A stretch of DNA of 64,000 nucleotides from Mustelus asterias (Eukaryota). The notes below the pieces were generated by a model. The model had not been told where the DNA came from. It did no database searches and saw nothing but the letters and a program-made list of their open reading frames with translations. The position numbers were made by a program, and so were the translations under genes. This document shows, piece by piece, positions 1 through 11,229 of this stretch. Within the stretch, counting starts at the first letter, position 1. Each line of letters begins with the position of its first letter. Location: positions 59,830,001-59,894,000 of the forward strand of contig NC_135822.1 of NCBI RefSeq assembly GCF_964213995.1. The letters run 5' to 3'.

Positions 1-800
1 ATCGAGAGATGAGATGTTATGGCCTTGCCAGGGGGATCGGAGGCCATTGAAGCCCCTAGGTGGCCAGGTGCATGGCTAGGCAGTGCTCATGGGCAGTACC
101 AGCCTGGCTGTGCCTGCCTGGCACCCTGGCAGTGCCCAATGGGCACCCTGGCACTGCCCACCAAGCACATTGGCACTGCCAACCAGGAACCATAACTGTA
201 CCGGGACAGTGCCAAAGTGGCGAGACCTGAGTGGGGGCAGAGCCAGAGTGGAGATAGGGCTATGGTGGGGGGCAAGATGAGCTCTACAGGGGTGGTGATT
301 GGGGAGGGAAAGGAGGAACTCTGCAGGGGTGGCAATCAAGGTTGGAGGGAGGATAGGAGCTCTGCAGGGGTGCTGATCGGGATGGAAGGGAGGGAAGGAA
401 CTCCGCAGGGTGGGCAATCATGATGGGAGAGAGGGAAGGAACTCTGCAGGGGGTGCGATTGGGGTGGGAGGAAGGGAACATTGCAGGGGTGTGATTGGTG
501 GGGGCAAAGAGGGAACTCTGCAGATGGGGACAATCAGTGGGGGGGGGAAACTCTACAGATGGGGATGATCAGCAGGGGCAGTTGTCCCGATGTCTGTTAG
601 GGGGGTGGGGAGGGTGTGACAAGAGACCTCCCAGAACACTGGGAGATTGAGGCGCCTGTGCAATGGGCCCCAACAGCTCAGCAGCCAGCTCACAGCTCAC
701 CCAGAAATGCAACGCGATTCTCCCCATTTTCACGTTCATTCGGCACTTAGAGGGCACAATCTTATCAGATCATCACACCGGTCGATCGGCATGGTGAGCC
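1..800. mobile_element. GC-rich non-autonomous DNA-transposon-like repeat (probably PIF/Harbinger-derived), truncated by the window edge
   Basis: Shares TTGGCACTGCC/GGCAGTGCCA/CCCAATGGGCA blocks with the TIR-bounded element at 16705-17327 and with ~31.9-32.05 kb. Confidence 0.45.
262..570 (+). repeat. Degenerate ~38-40 bp G-rich minisatellite
   Basis: About 7 units related to GAGGGAAGGAACTCTGCAGGGGTG.GATTGGGG are visible. Confidence 0.7.
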
Positions 801-2291
801 GGTAAGATAGGACGAGTGGAGCAGAAGTGAGGGGCCAAATGGCTGCTGCTCCTATCTCATAATGTTCATATAAGCACAAAGCTCCTTCCAGAACCACCTC
901 TTTCTGAGTTCCAGTGCCATGTGATCTGACGTCACTGATGATGTATATTAGCTGCTTGTATAAAAGCTATCAAGGCTTTAAGATACACAGTGCAAAGTAG
1001 AAGCAGGCTGCTCAGACCCCTGCTCTGACTGCTGGGACGCGATTAGGCAGTGCCATCTGGGACCTTCCCTCTGCAACTTGGCAGCGGCAGAGGGGCACAC
1101 ACGCACTGGACGATCTCCTTGACCCACCTCGGGTTCCGACATGCCAGGTTCTCACTGTTCATGACCAGCAGCAAAGCCCACCTGGTATAATTCTTGCGAG
1201 GAGGTGGGTAAATGGCAGGAGGGCATTGAATCGGATTTCAATCCAGATTCCTACCCACTCTGGTTGGGAACCTGATTGGGGCTGGCGAGGTGGGTCGGGT
1301 GAATCGGAAACCCTTTGATGCCCGGTGGCAATCCTGTTTTAGCTCTGGCATCCGATTCAGCAGGCCAGCAGGATTCCCATTAGTGGCGAATGGGGCTGGT
1401 GGATCCCGCCATCACCTCAATAGCCTGTAACAACAACCCAATCATGCTTTTCTTCTCTTCTCTCTGCAATGATGGTCAGTGCAACTGGAAGGTTGTCAGC
1501 TCATTGCATGTTATCTGCTTTTTCTTTGCATTGACAGCTGCTGGTATACAGTATCTATATCTTACTAAACAGAGCTTGGAGAAAACTCTCCATTTCTGTT
1601 CCTGCCACCAGCATTTGTTCTTGTTACTTGAGAGGTGTGAGAAATCAGGTAAAAACCCAGGATTACACATTTCAGTCTCGCCAGTGCCTCTTCAACTGCA
1701 ATTTCCCTGGAGCAGCAAGTGTTAGGAGTTCTGCATTGTATAAATTTGCTGTGTGTCATTCAGAATTTTGAGCAAGTTAATCGCTGATTCCAAGAATGTT
1801 GTTGAAAATTTGTGGTGTCACCAACATCCAAAGTTTGCACTGTACAGACATTGGCTCCAATATTAGGTGGAAGACATGCTGGTAATGGTAGAGTTCATGT
1901 GTGGGAAACATGGAAGCATGCTCAGTGTGTCTGTCAATAACTTTTTAACTAATCATGTCATTATCCTTTTACTCTGAGTTTGCTATCCAAAATTTCGGTT
2001 GCATTAGTGATGAGGACTCAGATTCATGATCTCAACTTCAGTATTTAAAAGGGCAATTCAACAATGTAATTTGGAAGCAATTGGAAACAAAAGAAAAATA
2101 AGTTAAAGAATTGACTCGAGATAGTCCAAAGCTGCATCCCAGTTCACTGCTGCCTCCATTGAGTGAGGAAATGGTGGGTGGGGCTGGTGGCGAAATGAAA
2201 AAACTGGCAACTGACCCATTCTGGCTCCATCCCATCCTGTGATATGATATATGTTTGAGTAGGCAAGGTGAAGGGGGGTGGATAAAAATGT

Positions 2292-3362
2292 ATTTGTTAG
2301 TGTCATAACTAGGCTTACATTAACACTGCAATGAAGTTACTGTGAAAATCCCCTGGTGACCACACTGCGGCGCCTATTCGGGTACACTGAGGGAGAATTT
2401 AGCATGGTCAATGCTGAATCTGGTGAAAAAATGAACTGGTGTGGCGACAATAATCTCTCCCTCAATGTCAACAAAACGAAGGAGATTGTCGTCGACTTCA
2501 GGAAGCGTAAAAGAGAACATGCCCCTGTCTACGGGGATGAAGTAGAAAGGGTCGAGAGCTTCAAGTATTTAGGCGTCCAGATCACCAACAACCTGTCCTG
2601 GTCCCCCCATGCTGACACTATAGTTAAGAAAGCCCACCAATACCTCTACTTTCTCAGAAGACTAAGGAAATTTGGCATGTCAGCTACGACTCTCACCAAC
2701 TTTTACAGATGCGCCATAGAAAGCATTATTTCTGGTTGTATCACAGCTTGGAATGGCTCCTGCTCTGCTCAAGACCGCAAGATACTACAAAAGGCTGTGA
2801 ATGTAGCCCAATCCATCATGCAAACCAGCCTCTCATCCATTGACTCTGTCTACACTTCCCGCTGCCTCGGCAAAGCAGCCAGCATAATTAAGGACCCCAC
2901 GCAGACATTCTCTCTTCCACCTTCTTCCATCGGGAAAAAGATACAAAAGTCTGTGGTCATGTACCAACTGACTCAAGAACGGCTTCTTTCCTGCTGCCAT
3001 CAGACTTTTGAATGGCCCTATCTTGCATCAGGTTGATCTTTCTCTACACCCTAGCTATGAATGCAACACTACATTCTGCACTCTCTCATTTCCTTCTCTA
3101 TGAATGGTATGCTTTGCCTGTATAACGCGCAAGAAACAACACTTTTCACTGCATGCTAATACATGTGACAATAATAAATCAAATCAAATCAAACCTAATC
3201 AGCATGTCTTTCGGACTGTGGGAGGAAATCGAGCACCTGGAGGACACACACAGACAGGGGGAGAACAGGCAGACTACACACAGACAGTGACCCAAGACGG
3301 GAATCAAACCCGGGTCCCTGGTGCTGTGAGGCAGCAGTGCTAACCACTGTGCCACCATGCCT
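2292..3362 (-). mobile_element. tRNA-derived V-SINE (HE1-like, type-B tail), split by a Rex1 LINE
   Basis: Minus-strand head GGTGGCACAGTGGTTAGCACTGCTGCCTCACAG (box A) and V-domain at 3192-3362; tail at 2292-2412. Confidence 0.85.
2413..3191 (+). mobile_element. Rex1/Babar LINE 3' fragment (RT C-terminus)
   Basis: ORF 2356-3036 has TKEIVVDFRK, FKYLGVQITNNLSW, LYFLRRLRKFG and CITAW motifs; (AAATC)n tail. Confidence 0.85.
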
Positions 3363-3465
3363 CCCTATGCAGGATGTAGGTTAATGTGCACCTGCACTCA
3401 CTTTACTGAGTAAGAGTTTTAACAACACCAGGTTAAAGTCCAACAGGTTTATTTGGTAGCAAATG

Positions 3466-3502
3466 CCATTAGCTTTCGGAGCGCTGCTCCTTCGTCAGAT
3501 GA
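3466..3502 (-). ncRNA. Minimal type-I hammerhead ribozyme motif (inverted PLE arm)
   Basis: Minus strand reads TCAT-CTGACGA-A-GGAGC-AGC-GCTCC-GAAA-GCTA-ATGG. Confidence 0.7.
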
Positions 3503-3998
3503 AGTGGATTTCTGCTCTCAAACAGGGCATACAGAGACACAAAATCAAGTTACAGAATACTGATTAGAATGCGAATCTCTACAGCCAACCAGGTCTTAAA
3601 GATACAGACAATGTGAGTGGAGGGAGCATTAAGCACAGGTTAAAGAGATGTGTATTGTCTCCAGACAGGACAGCCAGTGAGATTCTGCAAGTCCAGGAGG
3701 CAAGCTGTGGGGGTTACTGATAGTGTGACATGAACCCAAGATCCCGGTTTAGGCCGTCCTCATGTGTGCGGAACTTGGCTATCAGTTTCTGCTCAGCGGC
3801 TCTGCGCTGTCATGTGTCGTGAAGGCCATCTTGGAGAACGCTTACCCGAAGATCAGAGACTGAATGCCCGTGACCACTGAAGTGTTCCCCCACAGGAAGA
3901 GAACAGTCTTGCCTGGTGATTGTCGAGCGGTGTTCATTCATCCGTTGTCGTAGCATCTGCATGGTTTCCCCAATGTACCATGCCTCGGGACATACCAT

Positions 3999-4274
3999 GC
4001 CGAGGCATGGTACATTGGGGAAACCATGCAGACGCTATGACAACGGATGAATGAACACCGCTCGACAATCACCAGGCAAGACTGTTCTCTTCCTGTGGGG
4101 GAGCACTTCAGCGGTCACGGGCATTCAGCCTCTGATCTTCGGGTAAGCATTCTCCAAGGCGGCCTTCATGACACACGACAGCGCAGAGTCGCTGAGCAGA
4201 AACTGATAGCCAAGTTCCGCACACATGAGGACGGCCTAAACCGGGATGTTGGGTTTATGTCACACTATCAGTAA
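3999..4274 (+). pseudogene. PLE GIY-YIG endonuclease C-terminal fragment (mirror copy at 3810-3998 minus)
   Basis: WYIGET..RQRMNEHR..VGEHF..H...E.KLI..F.T...GLN motifs typical of PLE GIY-YIG domains. Confidence 0.85.
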
Positions 4275-4440
4275 CCCCCACAGCTTGCCTCCTGGACTTG
4301 CAGGCTGTCCTGTCTGGAGACAATACACATCTCTTTAACCTGTGCTTAATGCTCCCTCCACTCACATTGTCTGTATCTTTAAGACCTGGTTGGCTGTAGA
4401 GATTCGCATTCTAATCAGTATTCTGTAACTTGATTTTTTT

Positions 4441-4788
4441 TCATAGAATTCATAGAATCCCCACAGCACAGAAAGAGGCCATTCGGCCCATCGAGTCTGC
4501 ACCGACCACAATCCCACCCAGGCCCCCCCTCCATATCCCTACATATTTTACCAACTAATCCCTCTAACCTACGCATCTCAGGACACTAAGGGACAATTTA
4601 GCATGGCCAATCAACCTAACCTGCACATCTTTGGACTGTGGGAGGAAACCGGAGCACCCGGAGGAAACCCACGCAGACACGAGGAGAATGTGCAAACTCC
4701 ACACAGACAGTGACCCAAGCCGGGAATCGAACTCAGGTTCCTGGAGCTGTGAAGCAGCAGTGCTAACCACTGTGCTACCGTGCTGCCC
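4441..4788 (-). mobile_element. HE1-like V-SINE with CR1-type tail, inserted in the PLE right arm
   Basis: tRNA head with boxes A and B (GAGTTCGATTCC), V-domain, tail GATGGGCCGAATGGCCT...(ATTCTATG)n. Confidence 0.9.
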
Positions 4789-4832
4789 AGCACGGTGTCT
4801 CTGTATGCCCTGTTTGAGAGCAGATATCCACT

Positions 4833-4869
4833 CCATCTGACGAAGGAGCAGCGCTCCGAAAGCTAATGG
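4833..4869 (+). ncRNA. Minimal type-I hammerhead ribozyme motif in the PLE 3' region
   Basis: CCAT-CTGACGA-A-GGAGC-AGC-GCTCC-GAAA-GCTA-ATGG: stem I CCAT/ATGG, core CUGANGA, stem II GGAGC/GCTCC, GAAA, palindromic AGCU in place of stem III, NUH triplet CUA. Confidence 0.8.
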
Positions 4870-6525
4870 CATTTGCTACCAAATAAACCTGTTGGACTTT
4901 AACCTGGTGTTGTTAAAACTCTTACTGTGTTTACCCCAGTCCAACGCCGGCATCTCCACATCCTCACTTTACTGACCCAGTTAGGTCATTAGACTGCTTT
5001 CTGCTCTGTCTATTGGAATATGGCATTAGATTCCTGCTTTTCACTTCTTGGGCAATCTCCAACCAGTCCTTTGTTCCTACCGCAGGTTTTTTCCTCCAGT
5101 TGCTGGGAAATACAGTAGTATACTCCTTCTAGCTCCCAACAAACCCCAATATCATTAACATACTTGAAAAATTCATTGACATACAACACATTCATGAAAT
5201 ACAGATCTCCTGAAACTGTAATTCCAGAAGTATGTGAAGCTTGCTCAATATATTTAATAAATTAGGGTTAACCTGTAAGTATGAAGGTGCCCTCAATTTG
5301 AATCATCCTGAGCTATATTAAAAGTATTTGAGGAAGATCTTTGACAGTGCAATATTCCCTCTGCAATATTACCTCTGCAGTCTTGGTATATTCAGTGTAA
5401 ATAAGTGCAAGTGTTGAGACCATTAACAATGCAAAGATAACCATTATTTTGCACTTGACAACAGTAAGACCACAAGAAGCTACAGTGATAATGGTGAATG
5501 AATGTAGGAATGTCAAGTGGCCTAACAATGTGTGATGATTAAACACTCACAAGAATTCTAATGAGGGTGTATATTTGCATTTATATTGGGGGAGGGGAGG
5601 TGGTGGGGAATTGAGCAAGCAATCCTCAGTGCAAACATTTGTATTGTGTATTGAGCTGATGCATGTTTGATTAGAAAATATGCATCTTTCAGTATGTCTT
5701 TTATTTGCATCAACTGGTAATAGTTGACCAGAGGTGTGAGCATATGTATGAGAGCTAGTCGTCCAAAGAGACTGTTCTTCATGAACATATAAAATAATTA
5801 TGGAGACCTTTGTTTGACAATTTCAGGATATAAGCCATATAAATATCCATTCAACTGTCTTCATTTCTGTCTACATTCTTACATAGAGCAATTTCCAGTG
5901 CAGTTCAGTTCAGCTTTGGCTGAGATTAAACTTTCCACGTCTCTTATACCACAGCCCTTAGCTAGAATTCTGTCACATGGATGTTGAAGAATTGACATCA
6001 CATTATCACACAGCATTTGCTGTTGCCTGGAGACAAACAACATAGATCAAAGAGCAACCCCACAATAGCATTTACAGTGAGTCAACACTGCTGTCGTGTT
6101 GGTATGAAAGCCATAACCTGAAGTAGTGATATTTTGCACCACTAAGATGGGGAAAGATGGTATCATTCAATTTTAAAGGATGTAATTTCGAAAACAAGTA
6201 ACAGGAGACATGCCAGATAGCACAATATCTCAATGTAGATCAATTTTTAATTTTTGGACTGAAATTCACTGCTTTTATTTTTGAAGTCTCACTTCTAACT
6301 CAGCTGAAATTAGAAGTAGAATATGATGAAACATTTCAGTTTGGAGTTGAATCAGTGTTGGATTTATAACAAAAATAACTGCAGTATAAATTAAACTTTT
6401 ATGTTTCTGGTTATATACATCAGAGAATTAGCAGACAATGCTTACAGTTGGATAGCAATCTACCCTCTTGGTTATTAGCTTCAGTAATTCCAATTCACCT
6501 GGCAGTACTGAACTGAATTTATCCC

Positions 6526-7087
6526 ATCTCAGACCCCATTTGGAATATTGTGAGCAGTTTTGGGTCCCATAGCTAAGAAAGGATGTGCTGGCCTTGAAGG
6601 GGGTCCAGAGGAGGTCCACAAGAATGATCCCAAGAATGAAGGATTTGTCATATGAGGAGCGGTTGAGGAGTCTGGGTCTGTACTTGATGGAGCTGAGAAG
6701 GATGAGGCGGGGTGGGGGGGATCTAATTGAAACTTACAGAATACTGAGAGGCCTCGATAGAGTGGATGTGGAGAGGATATTTCCACTCCTGGGAGAGACT
6801 AGAACTCGAAGGCACAACCTCAGAGTGAAGGGACACTCCTTTAAAACTGAGGTGGGGAGTAATTTCTTCAGCTAGGGGATACTGAATCTCTGGAACTCAT
6901 TGCACTCATTGGCTGTGGAGGCCAGGTTATTGAGTGTCTTTAAAACAGAGATAGATTGGTTCTTGATCAATAAGGGGATCAAGGGTATGGCGGGAAGGCA
7001 GGAAAATCGTATCAGCCATGATTGAATGGCGGAGCAGACTTGAAGGGTCGAATGGCCTAATTCTGCTCCGATAACTTATGATCTTAT
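6526..7087 (+). mobile_element. CR1 LINE 3' fragment
   Basis: LxGVQRR.TRMIP..SYEERL..LGLY..R..GDLIETY motifs; CR1 3' UTR ending in (CTTAT)-type repeats. Confidence 0.85.
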
Positions 7088-7839
7088 CTCTTGGTTATTT
7101 AGAGGGAATAAAAGGCAAGTTGACTATCTTTTTTGAGGGCAGAGGAAGGTAAATATTGGTGCAACTATTTGGCTGCAATGCAAAATGATTACAGAATTTC
7201 AGTGGTTGTCAAGAAGCCCACAGCAAAGCCTGTCCTGGATACTACACAGTAATGAGTGACTCCTGCACTCAGTGCATTAATTTATTAGGGGAATGAGGTC
7301 ACATCAGTAAGCAATGATTTAACCTTCTGTATTGTAATCCTGAAGTATTTTTATAAAACTGAACAGATTATAAATAGGCAACTATAGCTCTGTGTACATG
7401 TCTTGAGTCCAACTGCTCAGTTTACCACAGCTGAGACTGATAATCGAATCTCATCAATCAACAGAAAAGTTAACCCTCTTCCCTTTGTTATTCATAAGGA
7501 TTTCTTTGCCTGGAGTGCATGACAAAGAATTAACTGTAGGGGGTCCAAACCCCTGATCTGTGAATAGAAACTTTGGTTAGTCATTAAGGAAACTGATTAC
7601 TCTTTAACTAAGAACTGGTTCATAAACTCCAGAGTAAAGTTGACACTGCTATCTTCCTGAAGTCAGGAATATATAAAGCTTGCGCACAAGTTATTACTGA
7701 AAAAATGTTACTATCCCATTTATATTGCAAGATTCATTCCAGTATTGAACTGTGGTTCAGTTTAGATACTATAGCATCACACAAGTTTCAAAACATTGTT
7801 CCATGGAATGCAAAGACAGGCTCCATGACTTCAAGACAT

Positions 7840-8030
7840 TAAAAAATGATTAAGCAAGTCTTTTTGAATTGTCGTCATTGCTATAATGTAGGAGATGCAG
7901 CATTTAATTTGCAAACAGTAAGCTCCCACAAACAGCAGTGAAATTTGAACCCATAGATTCTGACACGGAGGTGATGGTGCTACCAGCTGAGGCACAGCTG
8001 ACTTATGGATGCAGAGTCAACATGATGTTC
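7840..8030 (-). mobile_element. Degenerate Deu-type SINE
   Basis: AATGTAGGAGATGCAGC..TTTGCAAACAGTAAGCTCCCACAAACAGC block, also present at ~31.4-31.7 kb. Confidence 0.45.
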
Positions 8031-8604
8031 CTTAATCCTAGCCATGTTAGCATGCATGGGAGCCTGGAGGTTTATTTCTACCCAACAAAAAAAGGGGAAT
8101 ACCAAAAAGGAAAATTATCCAAAGTCACTCTTGCCCACTTGTTTAGTTACACACCTGGAATCAGAAAACCTAATTGTCTGCCTCCTAAGTCAGGCATGGC
8201 ATAGTGTCCAAGACAGTCCAGTCTGGAAAAAAATAGCTTATCTAAAAGGAGTAACTTATCTTCTATTAAAGATTTTGCACCATTGAGGTAGGAATCTCCA
8301 CTTACCAACACTTGTGTCCCATAATGCACAATTTAGGAATTGGACTGAGAAGCTAAATGTATCAGTCGAATGACTTAAAAATTAATTTTTTGATTGAATA
8401 AAAACAATGTGCGCCATTGCAACAGTGAAGCCAATTTTCAGGTCAAATATATTGAGAAAATATACCATAATTTCACTGTTGCTTATCATACGTACATTTG
8501 TGTAAAAGGTGTACCAAAGAATTTCTTCCTGAGTCTATACATTTGATGTTCATGCCTTGGATAGATTATGTTAACATGACAGCTGACCCTGGCTGATTCT
8601 ACAG

Positions 8605-8739
8605 AGTAAGAGTTTTAACAACACCAGGTTAAAGTCCAACAGGTTTACTTGGTACCAAATAAACCTGTTGGACTTTAACCTGGCGTTATTAAAACTCTTA
8701 CTGTGTTTACCCCAGTCCAATGCCGGCATCTCCACATCA
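8605..8739 (+). mobile_element. Mini palindromic PLE insertion
   Basis: ~49-bp inverted arms plus the same 3' tail as 3410-4962; TSD TGATTCTACAG at 8594-8604 and 8740-8750. Confidence 0.85.
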
Positions 8740-8934
8740 TGATTCTACAGAACCAGCTTGATTTACATAATGTGAGCTGCCTTCACACCCATGCTGAGCA
8801 TTCAAAGTTTACTGAGAAATAGGAAAGAGTGTGCAGAACATTCAGTTCAAGCAAAGCTGTTTCCAAACAGTGAAAATTAAATTTAAATGTTGGTAGTCTT
8901 TACAAAGACTGCTAATACTTTTTATGTCTATTTC

Positions 8935-9460
8935 AGCATCACTGACAAGACCAGCATTTATTGTCCATCTCTAATTACCCTCAAGAAGGTTGCGGTGAGC
9001 CACCTTCTTGAACAGTTCCAGTCCTTGTGGTGAGGTCAGGTAGGGAGTTCCAGGATTTTAACCCAGCAACAATGAAAGAATGGTGATTTGTTTCCAAGTC
9101 AGGATAGTGTGCGACTTAGGAGGAGAACCTGAAGGTGCTGGTGTTCCTATGCACTCGTAGTCCTTGTTCTTCCAGTTGGTAGAGGTCACCGTTTTTTGAG
9201 ATGCTGTTAAAGAAGTCTTGCTGAGTTTCTGCAATGCATCTTGTAGTGTGACAGTGGTGGATGGAGCGAATGTCTCAGGTGCTATTCAAGCAGGTTGCTT
9301 TGATCTTGATGGCATCTAGCTTTTTGAGTGTTGGAAGAGCTGCACTGATTCAGACGATGGAGAGTATTCCATCATTCTCTTATGTGTCTTGTAGATGATG
9401 GAAAGACTTGGCAAAAGCAGGGGTGAGTCACATGCCACACAACATCCAACCATTGTCCTG
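8935..9460 (-). mobile_element. Old CR1-group LINE 3' fragment (same family as 50.8-51.6 kb)
   Basis: Tail CCAGCATTTATTGTCCATCTCTAATT matches the reverse complement of the 51.5-kb tail. Confidence 0.6.
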
Positions 9461-9469
9461 GATTTGTAG

Positions 9470-11229
9470 CAAAGCAGAGTATATAGGGAGCTAGGAAGCA
9501 ATCCTGAGATCACTACCGCAAAGGTAGTGATCTCAGGATTACGATCTGTGCCACATGCTAATCAGAGCAGAAACAGCAGGATACATAGGATGAATATGTG
9601 ACTGAAAAGATGGTGTGAGGGGGAGGTTTCAAATTCCTAGGGCACCGGTCCTGGGGAGGTGGGACTTGTACAAACTGGACGGGTTACACCTGGGGAGGAT
9701 CGGGACTGATGTCCTTGGGGGGGTTAATTGCTAGATTGGTTGGGGAGGGTTTAAACTAATATGGCAGGGAGATGGGAACCTTTGCAAGGATTCAGAGCAG
9801 GGGGAATTAAGAACAAGAGGAAAGACAGTAAGGAGAATAAGGAAAGTGATAGGCAGAGAAATCAAGGGCCAGAGTCAAATAAGGACTGAGTAAAAAAATA
9901 GTAGGAAAGGGAAAAATAATGTTAAACATGCCCACCTTAAGGTTTTGTACCTGAATGCTCAGAGCATTCGAAACAAAATGGATGAATTAGTTGCGCAGAT
10001 AGATGTAAAGGGGTATGATATAGTTAGCATTACGGATATGTGGCTTCAAGGTGAGCAATGATGGGAATTAGGAAGGACAGACGGAAAGGAAAAGGTGGTG
10101 GAGTTGCATTGTTTATTAAAGATGATATTGATACGATATTGAGGAAAGATATTAGCATAAATGATGTGGAATCTGTATGGGTTGAGTTAAGAAACAACAA
10201 GGGGCAAAAAACATTGGTGGGCATGGTAGACTTGATGGGCTGAGTGGCCTAATTCTATTCTTATGGCCTTATGGTATTATCTCCAAATTTGCAGATAATA
10301 CAAAGTAGGGTGCAAGGGTGAGCTGTGAGGAGGATGCAGAGATGCTTCAGTTTGATTTGGACAGGCTAAGTGTGTGGGCATCTGCATGGCAGATGCAGTA
10401 TAATGTAGATAAATGTGAGGCTATCCACTTTGGTAGCAATAATGGAAAACAGATTATTACTTGGATGGGTGTAAATTGAGAGAGGAGGGTACTCAATGAG
10501 ACCTTGGAGTCCTCATGCATCAGTCGCTGAAAGTAAGCCTGCAGGTACAGCAGGCAGTAAAGAAGCCAAATGGTATGTTGACCTTCATACAGAGAGGACT
10601 TAAGTATAGGGAAAGGGATGTTTTGCTTCAATTGTATACGACGTTGGTGAGGCCACACCTGAAGTATTGTGTGCAGTTTTGGTGTCCTTATGTGAGGAAG
10701 GGTGTTCTGGCTACAGAGGGGAAACAGCAAAGGTTTACCAGGCTGATTCCTGGGTTGGCAGGTCTGTCATATGAGGAGAGACTAAGTCAGTTAGGATTAT
10801 ATTCACTGGAGTTTAGAAGAGTGAGAGGGGATCTCATAGAAACTTATAAAATTCTAACAGGGTTAGACAGGGTAGATTCAGAAAGAATGTTTCCAATGGT
10901 CGGGGGGAGGGGGGAAGAGCCCAGAACTAGAGGTCATAGTTTGAGGATAAGGGGTAAACCTTTTAGAACTGAGGTGAGGAGAAATTTCTTCATCAAGGGG
11001 GTGGTGAATGTGTGGAATTCACTACCACAGAATGTAATTGAGGCCATAACATTGTCTGATTCCAAGAAGAAATTAGATATAGCTCCTGGGGCTAAAGGGA
11101 TCAAGGGATATTGGAGGAAGGGGGGATCAGGATATTGAATTCGATGATCGGCCATGATCAGAATGAATGGCAGAGCAGGCTTGAAGGGCCGAATGACCTA
11201 CTCCTGCTTCTAATTTCTATGTTTCTATG
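9470..11229 (+). mobile_element. Degraded CR1 (third subfamily): ORF1 end, ORF2 start, internal deletion, RT C-terminus and 3' tail
   Basis: VVISGL, DGLHL and GEGLN* (stop 9757-9759); LKVLYLNAQSIR; GGGVALFIK; ISKFADNTK; (TTTCTATG)n tail. Confidence 0.85.

Larger units (their letters stand above)
3410..4962 (+). mobile_element. Penelope-like element, palindromic (snap-back) insertion
   Basis: Inverted arms ~3410-3990 and ~3999-4925 both encode the GIY-YIG C-terminus; 3' tail GTGTTTACCCCAGTCCAACGCCGGCATCTCCACATC; TSD CTCACTTTACTGA at 3397-3409 and 4963-4975. Confidence 0.9.

Noticed and set aside
262-570. CRISPR-like periodic repeats
   Set aside because: Eukaryotic context, degenerate units without unique spacers, no cas genes; it is a minisatellite.
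4700-4788. tRNA-like sequences (also at 3300, 27700, 41000, 46052, 55768, 63470)
   Set aside because: They are SINE heads continuing into the V-domain, not complete cloverleaf tRNA genes.
5990-6070. RFX-like (GTTGCCTGGAGAC) and TCF-like (ATCAAAG) motifs as an enhancer
   Set aside because: Two short motifs alone are insufficient without conservation data.
8605-8702. pre-miRNA or MITE interpretation of short perfect hairpins
   Set aside because: The sequence matches the 3' end of the GIY-YIG-encoding PLE and carries its asymmetric tail and a long TSD.
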